Source: a virus
Lineage: Duplodnaviria; Caudoviricetes
IMG/VR virus record: IMGVR_UViG_3300048011_000746
Span: 1-54,090 of that record
Reading direction: 5' to 3' (one strand)
DNA length: 54,090 nucleotides
Part shown: positions 37,901-47,082 of the stretch, one piece after another
How the letters are laid out: every line of letters starts with the position of its first letter
Position numbering within the stretch: the stretch's first letter is position 1
Notes under the pieces: model-generated
The model's input: the letters and a program-made list of their open reading frames with translations, nothing else
Told to the model about the DNA's origin: nothing
The model's database searches: none
Position numbers and translations under genes: made by a program

Positions 37901-38215
37901 GTTAGCTACACCTAAAAAGCTGTATGCTGTTTGTAAGCCGTATTCGTTTTGCTCACCGCCGTGAATTGGATTGTTGTTTGAATCTGTATAAAATAGCGGA
38001 TCGCCAAATGTCTCTGCTAGCTCACGCTGTGAACTCATCAAATATACTTTGCCCGCATTTGCTTTTAGTGTACCAGGTGCAACTCCCGTGCCTCCCGGAT
38101 TAGTTTTGTTTTCTTGTGTTGCCACAAAAATTATCGGTGTTGTTCCAGGTTCTGCCGGAGTATAAAAACTCTCGTCAATTACATTTACCTGAACACCTGG
38201 TGATACTAGTGCCAT
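34919..38215 (-). CDS. Tail sheath protein (gp18-like) with large insertions
   Basis: MALVSPGVQV, WFAPAG..RG, VNPI, GQKT, RINVARL and EFIYIP. Confidence 0.95.
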   Translation of the reverse strand: MALVSPGVQVNVIDESFYTPAEPGTTPIIFVATQENKTNPGGTGVAPGTLKANAGKVYLMSSQRELAETFGDPLFYTDSNNNPIHGGEQNEYGLQTAYSFLGVANRAYVVRADMDLAAVTGSATPTAGKPTDGAYWFDTNDSTYGVFEWNGEAATSATGQSFANKTPIVITDSTQTSGSSPFTPKGSVGAIGDYALVAVSTVNRLWYKTMAGEWVEVGSADWKAAWPFVVGDANPTATATGTLSFDLGAGALSVTTTGLDLATIVADINGDVTLAGAGITAMASNSRLAIMYDGSAGDSIVVAGTTDLLTELGIGAGTYYNTELSIAPHTSVPEYKLRDANPRPTGSVWIKTTEPNLGAVWNVKTYSESTDSWTMLDAPIYSGSAAAISSLDASGGGANITVGSVYVRYNLAEDDEPLATFELLRRNAAGSTKITSAAVTNTSFTAGTNTFTMLETLKGDATYSNAVTVTFAATNDAQTDADALAGAINGAGATNVTASVNSKKQVVIEHRLGGEIRITDSTNNPIGAIFTVFDADDNTTTANLYYVPGTDGNTSPRQYQASNWATLSYTAKDTEPTTTPADGALWYSSVIDEVDIMIHNGTTWVGYHNYDHTGNSLVGANSTNNATGPIVAAVAPTKQSNGVSALVEGDLWVSTADLENFPQIYRYTNAKWVLLDKSDQTTENGVLFDDARYNTAGANSDEAGEIVDLLTSNYLDPDAPDPALYPKGMILWNLRRSGFNVKRFERDYIDVDGENPRDNDDSMANYYPHRWVTESANNVDGSGSFGRNAQRKVVVQALQAMLNSNDDIRDDETRLFNLIATPGYPELIGEMISLNYDRGLTAFVVGDSPMRLTPTTTAISDWATNVNKAVEDNDRGLVSRDEYLGVYYPGGFSSDNAGNNIVVPASHMALRTIALSDQVSYPWFAPAGTRRGGVTNATATGYINSEGEFVSIALNEGQRDTLYQNNVNPITFLNGAGLVVFGQKTRARNASALDRINVARLTVYLRSQLKKLAKPYIFEPNDKITRDEIKQQVESLMVELIGLRAIYDYLVVCDETNNTPNRIDRNELYVDIAIEPVKAVEFIYIPLRLKNTGEIAGL

Positions 38216-38249
38216 GTTTTATTTCTCCTCGTGGATCTCAATATAATAT

Positions 38250-38257
38250 TATTTATA
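38250..38257 (-). promoter_or_regulatory. T4-type late promoter for the sheath gene
   Basis: Exact TATAAATA upstream of a GAGGAG RBS. Confidence 0.7.
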
Positions 38258-38301
38258 CGATCCTGGGAGAAAACAGCGATTTTGGGGGGTTAAGTACGCA
38301 C

Positions 38302-38802
38302 TTAACTATGCAAGTGCGTTATTAATTGATCTACATTAAATTCTAGTTCTTGTAATGTGCCGTTGTTGTCAATGGTGTAATCTGCCATCCATTGTTCTAA
38401 GCTCATCGAATCTTTTGACTCGGGCATTAGATAGTTGCTTCTGTCTACCCAGATAGCATAATCAAATACGCCTGTGTTTTGCATTGCAAAAAATTCACGC
38501 TTGTTGCGTAGCCCACAATAGATATCATAGGCTGTAAACATTTCCCTGCCTAAACGTGCCGCATCAGGAACATTATAATCGCAGATAGCATCATACCATT
38601 CTGCTCGGTGATTATGCCTGTCAGCATAACATTGTTCTTCGCTAGTGTATCCATATTTGTCCTTTAACTGATCGTAAATAAACAACTTGGAGCAGAACTG
38701 ACTACTGCTCTCAAAACTATAATCGTACTTATCACGTAGTATTTCGCAGACAGTATCCTTGCCATGTCTGCCGTGTCCTATTACCAATAGTTTTGATTTC
38801 AT
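38302..38802 (-). CDS. Deoxynucleoside monophosphate kinase-like P-loop protein
   Basis: IGHGRHGKDT, G.R...E and DYTIDNNGT. Confidence 0.65.
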   Translation of the reverse strand: MKSKLLVIGHGRHGKDTVCEILRDKYDYSFESSSQFCSKLFIYDQLKDKYGYTSEEQCYADRHNHRAEWYDAICDYNVPDAARLGREMFTAYDIYCGLRNKREFFAMQNTGVFDYAIWVDRSNYLMPESKDSMSLEQWMADYTIDNNGTLQELEFNVDQLITHLHS

Positions 38803-38825
38803 AAAAGCCTCCTAGTTATTAAATT

Positions 38826-38854
38826 ATAATAACAGAAAACTTTTAAATTGTCAA
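38826..38854 (-). promoter_or_regulatory. Sigma70-type promoter for the kinase gene
   Basis: TTGACA-N17-TATTAT; AGGAGG RBS. Confidence 0.75.
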
Positions 38855-39618
38855 CCGATAGTAAATCCGTAGCCTGTGCCGCCTGGTACAGCTAAGGAAA
38901 CTTCTGCTATTAATTTTTCCATTTCGGTTTGAGCTTCAGCTTTCAAACTTGCGCCATTAAGTGAAGTGCCGCCTTGTGGTCCTGCAATAGTAGCAAACTT
39001 CTCTCTAGCTTCACCGAGCATATATTTACATGCTGCTAGAGTATAATCTTTGATCCACTGCTTTGCCATATAGTCGTTTAGAAGTTGACTATCGGGACGA
39101 TACATGTATACTTCAAGCAACACATCTTCGCCATCTTCGCCGCCGCGTGGGCGCTGTAATATAGTAAGTTTTTTAGTTGTATTGTTCCATGTAAATTCAA
39201 TAAAAGCACCAAACATACGTCCTATCAATTCTTGGCGTTGTGTAAACAATTCGTAAGTTGCCAAGCCGCCCATTCCGCTGCCTGCCAATAGGTATGCGTT
39301 TGTGTATGCCAAATTAAATGGATCGTGTGTCGACCCTTCGCCTGCGCTGCGAGATCCTACACTGCGTCTATAAACTTTGTTTACTTCCATTATTTCGTGA
39401 GGCAGAGTGTAATCGTTTTGGTCTTCGATTAGATTCAATGTTACATATGCTTCTTCTACACTGTGATCGCTTCTCATACGATACTGTGTGAGAGCTTTGG
39501 TTAATGCTGTTTCATAATGTATAGGGTCAAGTTCAACGTCTACCATCCCTCCGCCAAGAAAGGCGTGTACATAATCAAATATTTCTTGTTTTTGTGTTAC
39601 TAAATTGCTGTCTGCCAT
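38851..39618 (-). CDS. Neck protein (gp13-like)
   Basis: LGG..VDVEL, WIKDY..A..K..LGE.R.KF, and GPQGG..LNG. Confidence 0.85.
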   Translation of the reverse strand: MADSNLVTQKQEIFDYVHAFLGGGMVDVELDPIHYETALTKALTQYRMRSDHSVEEAYVTLNLIEDQNDYTLPHEIMEVNKVYRRSVGSRSAGEGSTHDPFNLAYTNAYLLAGSGMGGLATYELFTQRQELIGRMFGAFIEFTWNNTTKKLTILQRPRGGEDGEDVLLEVYMYRPDSQLLNDYMAKQWIKDYTLAACKYMLGEAREKFATIAGPQGGTSLNGASLKAEAQTEMEKLIAEVSLAVPGGTGYGFTIG

Positions 39619-39654
39619 TTGTGTTCTCCACATGTATTTATGCTAAATATAAGT

Positions 39655-40806
39655 ATGCCAAGACTTAGTTTATACAGACCAAACAAAACACGAGACTACG
39701 AATTCCTAGACAAAGTTGTCTACGAACAATTTAGTATTGGAGGCACTGATATTAATGTGCACAAATATTTAGGTCCAAGCAATCCTACAGAAGAACAATC
39801 AACTGCGGCGACACCACGATACGATGCAGTCAAAGAAACCAACATACAGGATATGTTGTTTTTAGAAAATAGAGATCGCAAGTATGACCCCGATGTTTAT
39901 ACCATGCGAGCAATATATAATGTTAGTGATACAGATTTTAATCTAAGTCAATTTGGATTATTTTTACAAAATGACACATTGTTTATGACCATACATATCA
40001 ACAGCAGTGTTAAAACATTGGGCAGAAAAATACTTTCAGGAGATGTAATTGAATTTCCTCACCTAGAGGATGAATACGCATTAAACGATTACAGTGTGGC
40101 ACTAAAACGTTATTATGTGGTTGAAGATGTCAATCGTGCAGCAGAAGGCTTTAGCCAAACCTGGTATCCGCACTTGTATAGAGTAAAACTCAAACAAATT
40201 GTCGACAGTCAAGAATATTCAGAAATATTAGATTTACCTGCTGGGGACGAAGAAGGTAATACACTAAGAGATATATTGAGCACATACGAAACCGAAATGC
40301 AAATAAGCAATGCAGTGATTGCACAAGCAGAAGTTGATGCTCCGCTAAGTGGATATGATATAAGTCATTTTTATACATTGCAAGTAGATGAAAATGGCAA
40401 TCCAGAAATTATACAAGCCGACTCTGCAGATCTAGATGTTAGCAGCGGTATTACAGCTGACAGAATAAATCAAAAACCAGACAGATATGGATACAAAGGA
40501 TACTTGTTAGGCATTGACAGTATCAACGGAGAAGTGTTTGGTAGCGGCATAAGTTTTCCAATTGATAACGCTCCTGGCGATTATTTCTTAAGAACTGATT
40601 ACATGCCTAATCGACTGTTTAAATATGACGGTACCAAATGGGCAAAGGTGCATGACGGAGTAAGAACAGACATGTCAAACACTGATACAAAACGTACACA
40701 AGTTGCAACATTTATCAACAACACAAATACAAATACAATTGGCGGCGAAACAGTATCTGAAAGGCAAAGTCTTTCAAATGCACTTAGACCAAAGGCAGAT
40801 AATTAA
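39655..40806 (+). CDS. Neck/head-closure protein (gp14-like), extended
   Basis: D.LFLE.R.R.Y, LSQFGL and GDVI.FP; divergent from gp13 and upstream of the gp15-like gene. Confidence 0.65.
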   Translation: MPRLSLYRPNKTRDYEFLDKVVYEQFSIGGTDINVHKYLGPSNPTEEQSTAATPRYDAVKETNIQDMLFLENRDRKYDPDVYTMRAIYNVSDTDFNLSQFGLFLQNDTLFMTIHINSSVKTLGRKILSGDVIEFPHLEDEYALNDYSVALKRYYVVEDVNRAAEGFSQTWYPHLYRVKLKQIVDSQEYSEILDLPAGDEEGNTLRDILSTYETEMQISNAVIAQAEVDAPLSGYDISHFYTLQVDENGNPEIIQADSADLDVSSGITADRINQKPDRYGYKGYLLGIDSINGEVFGSGISFPIDNAPGDYFLRTDYMPNRLFKYDGTKWAKVHDGVRTDMSNTDTKRTQVATFINNTNTNTIGGETVSERQSLSNALRPKADN

Positions 40807-42269
40807 TGCAGTTCTTTTATGATGGACAAATAAGAAAATACTTAACACAAATTATTCGTTTGATGGGCGGATTTAGTGTACAAGATGGCAACGGCAACTT
40901 AAAAAGTGTTCCTGTAACATACGGAGACTTAACAAGGCAGGTTGCTGGTATTATGCGTGAAAACAGCGAAAACAAATTGCCTACTGTGCCGCGTATGTCA
41001 GTGTATATTACAAACTTAGAAATAGACAGAAGTAGAACAAGCGATGCAAGTTTTGTTGACAAAGTTAACGTACGAGAACGTGCATATGATGATGAAGGCC
41101 AGGAATATTTAAACACCCAAGGCAAAAACTATACAATTGAACGTTTGTACCCAGCTCCATTTAATTTAAGTGTGAATGTTGATGTATGGGCAAGCAACAC
41201 TGAACAAAAACTACAAATACTAGAACAAATACTTGTGCTGTTTAGACCTAGTTTGGAATTGCAAACAACTGACAATTATGTTGATTGGACTAGCTTAACA
41301 GTGTTGCATTTAACAGATATTCGCTGGAGCAACAGGACAATTCCCGTAGGAGTTGACAGTGAAATAGATATTGGCACAATGAGTTTTGAAACTCCTATAT
41401 TTATTACACCTCCTGCTAAAGTTAAAAAACTAGGCGTTATCACTAGTGTTATTGCTAATATGTGGGACGAAGAAAAGGGCACTATTGACCTAGGATTAAG
41501 TATGCCAGAAATGACTGCTTATGAAGAAAACCTTCCACCAGTAGAAAATGTTGTAAAAGACGACAATGACCGTACAACTATAACACGCATTGATACTACA
41601 TTAGACGGAAGATCGACTGTGCCTAACACATATAGAGATTACGGAATTTATATACAAGGCACTGTAGGACAGCTAATCAACGGAACCAGTGTCGGATCTG
41701 TTAACTGGAGGCTTCCAATCGAATCTTATCCTGGAACATATGTTGCTGACGTTAGCGAAATACGTTTGAGAACTGACAGTGGATTTATTGTAGGAACTTT
41801 TACTATTAATCCGTTGGACGAATTTAAAATTAATATCAATTGGGATCAAGACACACTGCCCACTGGTGATGTAGTTGAAGGACCAGCAAGAGATTCTAAT
41901 AGCTGGACCAGTTTTGATAAAATCATTGATCCGGGTGTGTATAATCCAACAGCAGATAAAGTTGCAGGATTTAGAGTACTAACACTAGGCGATATAAACA
42001 ACAGTAGCAGTGTAGGTGATCCAGGGTACGACGGACCTGATGCTTGGAAGAACTCTGACAACAGTGACTTTGTAGCAGACGCAAATGATGTAATTGAGTG
42101 GGACGGCAACAATTGGCATATAGTGCTTGATAGTTCTGCAACCACCAATGATGTAAATCAAAAAAATCTCACAACAGATGTAATATACAAATGGACTGGC
42201 AGCGAATGGTTACAAGCATTTGAAGGCGAGTATCCAGTTGGTACTTGGGAAATCTATCTCGATCCATAA
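40806..42269 (+). CDS. Tail sheath stabilizer/terminator (gp15-like) with a C-terminal extension
   Basis: FYDGQIR, VPVTYG, PRMS, P.PFNL and LQILEQIL..F.PS. Confidence 0.75.
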   Translation: MQFFYDGQIRKYLTQIIRLMGGFSVQDGNGNLKSVPVTYGDLTRQVAGIMRENSENKLPTVPRMSVYITNLEIDRSRTSDASFVDKVNVRERAYDDEGQEYLNTQGKNYTIERLYPAPFNLSVNVDVWASNTEQKLQILEQILVLFRPSLELQTTDNYVDWTSLTVLHLTDIRWSNRTIPVGVDSEIDIGTMSFETPIFITPPAKVKKLGVITSVIANMWDEEKGTIDLGLSMPEMTAYEENLPPVENVVKDDNDRTTITRIDTTLDGRSTVPNTYRDYGIYIQGTVGQLINGTSVGSVNWRLPIESYPGTYVADVSEIRLRTDSGFIVGTFTINPLDEFKININWDQDTLPTGDVVEGPARDSNSWTSFDKIIDPGVYNPTADKVAGFRVLTLGDINNSSSVGDPGYDGPDAWKNSDNSDFVADANDVIEWDGNNWHIVLDSSATTNDVNQKNLTTDVIYKWTGSEWLQAFEGEYPVGTWEIYLDP

Positions 42270-42277
42270 CTATTTGT

Positions 42278-42712
42278 ATGAAGAAAATAGTATGTAGTGG
42301 TGCACTGTTTTATACATTAGACACCAATCGTTTTTTGTTATTACATAGAACAAAAAGTAAACAACACCATGTATGGGGTCTTGTTGGCGGAACCAATGAA
42401 GACAAAGAAACACCCTGGGAAGGTTTACAAAGAGAAATAGAAGAAGAAATTGGCAGCGTTCCTGACATCAAAAAAACTATTCCTCTTGAAAGTTTTATCA
42501 GCAACGACGAGCACTTCCAGTTTCATACATATTTGTGCGTTATTGAAAAAGAATTTATACCAGTGCTAAACAACGAACACAACGGGTATGCATGGGTAAG
42601 TTTTGACAACTGGCCAAAGCCGCTACACAAAGGATTGTTGAGTACGCTGCGCAGTAAAACCAATCAGCAAAAATTAGAAACTATCTTTGAGGTTGTTAAA
42701 TTCATTTCTTAA
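42278..42712 (+). CDS. NUDIX hydrolase
   Basis: Nudix box GTNEDKETPWEGLQREIEEEIG. Confidence 0.9.
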   Translation: MKKIVCSGALFYTLDTNRFLLLHRTKSKQHHVWGLVGGTNEDKETPWEGLQREIEEEIGSVPDIKKTIPLESFISNDEHFQFHTYLCVIEKEFIPVLNNEHNGYAWVSFDNWPKPLHKGLLSTLRSKTNQQKLETIFEVVKFIS

Positions 42713-45700
42713 CCAATCAAAATCGTTGATTTTAGTTAATGCTTCTAAATTATTTCTATTTGTTTCGCCGTAGTTCTTACCGTGTTTTGCACCAGCAATT
42801 GCTGCAATTCCAAACGGCTTGTCTTTGCCTCTAGTACACCATGCATTTAATCTAAATTCAGTTTCTTCGTCCAACTGTCCTTTGATTGTTTTACTGCTTA
42901 GTTTTACACATTCTCTAAAAGCACTTCTCCATGCACTAAATTCGTCTGTATTGAACTTGGTAACATTTGATATTTTATTAACTGCTTTAAAATATTTGCT
43001 AATACTTGTGGTCATGTCTGCGGTAGTTGTATCCATATTCAACGTAAGCTCTCTTGGCAATAGTTTTACACCGCCGTATCCGTATATTAGTCCGTTGATT
43101 GGGTTTTGACTTTTCCACACATGCACACTTTGCTTTCCAGTAGGATCGTATGCAGGAACATAATAATCAAAATTAAAATTATCAATTATTTCTGCATCGC
43201 CGTCAACAACAAAAAATAGTTCTGTTGTTGCAAGTTTTGCTGCCGCAATGTGTGCTTGGTGAATGCCTTTAACACCGTGCACTCTCTTTGCATTAGGATA
43301 CCTTTTGCATAATGCACTGTAGTTTTCATCAGCAGTAGGTTCATTATAACTAATGAATACAATATCGTACAAAAGCGGAGTACTTGCTACAATATCATAC
43401 TGTTTTTTGTTTGTAAGAAACCTCATATTAATTTCTTTTTGTGTAATATGACTTTGTTTGCTTACCAGTGATATTCCGTCCCAGTATTCACCGTTTTTAA
43501 ATACATGATTGTTCTGTCTTTCAAATATTTGTGAATGATCAAAATACACATCAAAATTAAAATTCAAGTCCACTTGTATCTTATTAGGAATCATCCAAAA
43601 CATTTCTGTTTGAGAATTTTCAACTGCATACAAATAATCGTTATAACTATTGACTTTAAACTTGTCGTATTCAACTGGTCCACTTGCAACAGTATCCCAT
43701 TCTTTGCGCTCTGCCAAAAGTCTATATTCAATTTCTTTTTGAGTTAATGGTTTTGCAGTTGATAATAAAAACAATCCATTGTAATAACTTTTGTTGTCTA
43801 CTTTGTGCACAAATGCATGATTGATGTTTCTGTCATAACTGTTGTAGTGCGGAAAATATAAATTCAAATCAAAATCTTTGTCTAATTTGATATTTCGACT
43901 ACTTGCCCAAAACATCTGTGTTTTTGTATTTTCTAATGCATTTAAATAATCGTCATATGTTTCAACTATAAATTTATCGTATTGCATCGGTGTGCTTGCA
44001 ACAACATCAACATCTTTTTTGTTTATATAAAATCTATTTTCAATTTCTTTTTGTGTTACAGGCGTATGTTTACTAAACAGCACAATGCCGTCCTTGTGTT
44101 CTCCATTTAAAAACACATGATTGATTTTTCTATCGTACTCGTTGTCATGTGTGAAATAGTAGTCAAATTCAAAATCAATTGCAACATGCACGTCACTAGG
44201 AATGCCCCAGAACATTTCAGTGCTGGACAAATCTAATGCATTCAAATAATCATTGTAATCATCAATTACAAAACGCTGATATCTAATCGGAGTACTTGCA
44301 ACAATATCCCATTCTTTAGCATCAACTATATGTCTAAATTCAATTTCTCTTTGTGTTACAGGGTTGTGTTTGCTGAACAAAAATACCCCGTTGCGGTAAT
44401 CTTTTCCGTTTGCCCTATGTATAAAATTGTGATTTATTTTTCTATCATATTCGTTGTCATGTGTAAAATACAAATCAAAATTGAAATTTTGGGTATTGAT
44501 ATTGTCTGTATAGCCCCAAAACAATTCAGTTTCTGATTGTTCCAATGCGATTAAATAATCGTCATAACATTCTACAACAAATTTATCATATTCTTTACTG
44601 TAACTACCGACAATATCCCATTGCTTTGCATTAACAAGATGTCTATATTCAATTTCTTTTTGTGTCAAAGGTTTGTGTTTGCTGCACAAAAATAATCCAT
44701 TGTAAAAGCTGTCTCCGTCAACTTCGTGTACAAACGCATGATTTTCTTTTCTATCATATTTGTTTTCAAAATCAAATGTTAATTTAAAATCAAAAGTAGA
44801 TGCATCGATGTTCAGCGAGTCCATCCAAAATAATTCTGTTGCAGAATTTTCAAGTGCATTAAGATACTCGTCGTATGTCTCAATAAAGAAATGATCATAT
44901 TGCCTGTTTACACTTAGAACTTCAGTATGCTCTATACGATTTACTGGATGCCTATGGTCAACTTCATTTTTTGTTAATTTGCTGTGTTTGCTGCACAAAA
45001 TCAGTCCATTGTAGCTTACACTGTCATTGTTTTGATGCAAGAATACATGATTTTGTTTGCGTAAATTTCTATCATGATGACTGATATAAATGTTGTATAT
45101 TTCTCCAAGCAACGCTATATTAGCACTGCTCATCCAAAAAAGCTCACTAGGACTATCCTCTAGTGCATGTAGGTATTGGTCATATGAATCAATTTTATAT
45201 ACTGGAAATAATTTAGGATAACTGGCAACAATATCCCATTCTTTTTTATCAGCATAAAATCTATAGTTTACTTCGTTTTCAGTTACAGGAGCATTTTTAC
45301 TAAACAGTACTACGCCATCATATGATTTTCCATTAACAAAAACATGTGTGATATTTCTGTCATATGTGTTATGATGAGAAAAATATATATCAAAAGCAAA
45401 TTCGTCTGCAACTTCTACATCACCGGGAACGCCCCAAAACATTTGTGTTGTACTATGCTCTAGTGCGTGTTTGTAATCTGCATAGTTGTTTACTACAAAC
45501 TGATCAAACTTTTTTGGCCGGCTGTAAACCTCAGGATGTTCTTTTTTGTTTGCAATAAATCTATGATCAAATTCTTTTTCAGTAACAGGAGCATGTTTGC
45601 TAAACAAAATTACTCCGTCATAGGTTTCGTCATTTAAAAATACATGATTGGTTCTTCTATCATATTGATTGTGATGATCAAAGTATAATGATAATTCTGT

Positions 45701-46480
45701 TGTTAATTCTATATCATCAGGAACATACCAAAACAAATCATTGGTTTCATTTTCTAATGCATGTGTATATTCTTCAAAGTTTTTAAAATTGTAAATAGGA
45801 TACTGTTTAGGATCGCTTGCTCGTATACTAATTTCTTTTTTATTTACATAAAATCTATGTTGTAATTCTTTTTGCACAGGTTCATAATGTTTTGGAAACA
45901 ACGCAATGCCGTCAAATCTATCTGGGGCGCCGTTGCCAAACACATGTACATATTTAAAACTCCAGTCATCTGGCTTGTATGTAAATTTAAAAAATTCACT
46001 GACAGTAACATCGTCGGGCACTAACCAAAACATGTCTGTTGTCGACTGTTGCTGTGCTTGTTCAAATGACATATTGTAAAACACATCAAATTTTTCTTTG
46101 CCACAATAAACATCATAATATGCAGCAATATTTTTGTGTTGCACAGTTTCTGTTGGAGTTGTTTTAGTAGGTACTAGTTTGATTTTACTCCAACTTTTGA
46201 TACGCTTGCTGCCTTTGTATACATACGGAAACACATGGCGTTTGGGAGTTTCGTTTGCACTAGGACGAAAATGCCAAGGAAAACTATCTATTACATCAAG
46301 ACTGCTGTCGACGATCCACACGTAATCATCTTGATCTGCATAGCTAGCAGCAATACTTTCGTCAACTGTATTGTCGGTATAGTGAACAGGATAGATACTT
46401 AAAAAATGATTTTTTAAAATATCTTGAGCATTGTATGTCTTTTTACCAAATTTCTCAAATTTGTCAAATGCTGTACTCAT
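42674..46480 (-). CDS. 1268-aa protein of tandem ~100-aa degenerate GT-A repeats with an intact C-terminal GT-A (DGD) domain
   Basis: Nine clear repeats plus one degenerate N-terminal copy. The final domain reads YDIVFISY...AHIAAA...FFVVDGDA. Confidence 0.8.
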   Translation of the reverse strand: MSTAFDKFEKFGKKTYNAQDILKNHFLSIYPVHYTDNTVDESIAASYADQDDYVWIVDSSLDVIDSFPWHFRPSANETPKRHVFPYVYKGSKRIKSWSKIKLVPTKTTPTETVQHKNIAAYYDVYCGKEKFDVFYNMSFEQAQQQSTTDMFWLVPDDVTVSEFFKFTYKPDDWSFKYVHVFGNGAPDRFDGIALFPKHYEPVQKELQHRFYVNKKEISIRASDPKQYPIYNFKNFEEYTHALENETNDLFWYVPDDIELTTELSLYFDHHNQYDRRTNHVFLNDETYDGVILFSKHAPVTEKEFDHRFIANKKEHPEVYSRPKKFDQFVVNNYADYKHALEHSTTQMFWGVPGDVEVADEFAFDIYFSHHNTYDRNITHVFVNGKSYDGVVLFSKNAPVTENEVNYRFYADKKEWDIVASYPKLFPVYKIDSYDQYLHALEDSPSELFWMSSANIALLGEIYNIYISHHDRNLRKQNHVFLHQNNDSVSYNGLILCSKHSKLTKNEVDHRHPVNRIEHTEVLSVNRQYDHFFIETYDEYLNALENSATELFWMDSLNIDASTFDFKLTFDFENKYDRKENHAFVHEVDGDSFYNGLFLCSKHKPLTQKEIEYRHLVNAKQWDIVGSYSKEYDKFVVECYDDYLIALEQSETELFWGYTDNINTQNFNFDLYFTHDNEYDRKINHNFIHRANGKDYRNGVFLFSKHNPVTQREIEFRHIVDAKEWDIVASTPIRYQRFVIDDYNDYLNALDLSSTEMFWGIPSDVHVAIDFEFDYYFTHDNEYDRKINHVFLNGEHKDGIVLFSKHTPVTQKEIENRFYINKKDVDVVASTPMQYDKFIVETYDDYLNALENTKTQMFWASSRNIKLDKDFDLNLYFPHYNSYDRNINHAFVHKVDNKSYYNGLFLLSTAKPLTQKEIEYRLLAERKEWDTVASGPVEYDKFKVNSYNDYLYAVENSQTEMFWMIPNKIQVDLNFNFDVYFDHSQIFERQNNHVFKNGEYWDGISLVSKQSHITQKEINMRFLTNKKQYDIVASTPLLYDIVFISYNEPTADENYSALCKRYPNAKRVHGVKGIHQAHIAAAKLATTELFFVVDGDAEIIDNFNFDYYVPAYDPTGKQSVHVWKSQNPINGLIYGYGGVKLLPRELTLNMDTTTADMTTSISKYFKAVNKISNVTKFNTDEFSAWRSAFRECVKLSSKTIKGQLDEETEFRLNAWCTRGKDKPFGIAAIAGAKHGKNYGETNRNNLEALTKINDFDWLRNEFNNLKDSF
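43374..46095 (-). repeat. Nine tandem ~300-bp (~100-aa) coding repeats
   Basis: Recurring YD.YL.ALE.S.T.(M/L)FW...YDR..NH.F...(Y)(D/N)G..LFSK..P.T.KE...R....KEWDIVAS. Confidence 0.9.
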
Positions 46481-47082
46481 TGTGTATCTTCCAACTTAAA
46501 TGATCTTGTTCCATAGTGTGCAATCTGATGACTTAAATCTGCATCAATATATACCTCAAAGCCTGCGCTGTTTGCAGCATCGCAAAAGTATATATCTTCA
46601 CCTGATAAGTTATCAATGTCTTTGTTGTAGTAATGATAATGCCAGGGTTTTCCAATATAATCATAAACTATTGCATCAACTAGCATACAACCCATTCCAA
46701 CTGCATATACTTGGTGCAACCCAGTACTAGAAGTAAAACGTATAGAAAGATCGTTTTTATCAACAAAGCCAACAGATCTATAAGGCGGAACTCTAGTGCT
46801 GTATGCCGCAGCTACAATGTGTTTTTTATGGCCGAGCAATTTAGTTGCTGTCCCTGCAGGAACATGCATATCGCTATCTAGCCACAGAATATGTGTAGCA
46901 TTAGCATCAAGTGCTTCTTGTACAAGTGTGTTGCGTTGTTGTGCTATAACACTGCCAAGATTAAACAATACCACATGATCAATGTCAAGACTTGTTAAAT
47001 GACTTGTGAGATTGCTAAGACTTAATGCAAAGCCTGTGTGTACTGTATCTCTTGCAGGAATACAGATTGCAATTTTTGTCAT
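46477..47082 (-). CDS. GT2-like (GT-A) glycosyltransferase
   Basis: IAICIP, RN.LV, ILWLDSDM, GMGCMLV and GEDIYFC. Confidence 0.8.
   Translation of the reverse strand: MTKIAICIPARDTVHTGFALSLSNLTSHLTSLDIDHVVLFNLGSVIAQQRNTLVQEALDANATHILWLDSDMHVPAGTATKLLGHKKHIVAAAYSTRVPPYRSVGFVDKNDLSIRFTSSTGLHQVYAVGMGCMLVDAIVYDYIGKPWHYHYYNKDIDNLSGEDIYFCDAANSAGFEVYIDADLSHQIAHYGTRSFKLEDTQ

Noticed and set aside
43374-46095. Possible CRISPR array or DGR template/variable repeats
   Set aside because: The repeats are about 300 bp, in frame and diverged at the protein level. There are no identical short repeats with spacers and no reverse transcriptase or cas gene in the window.
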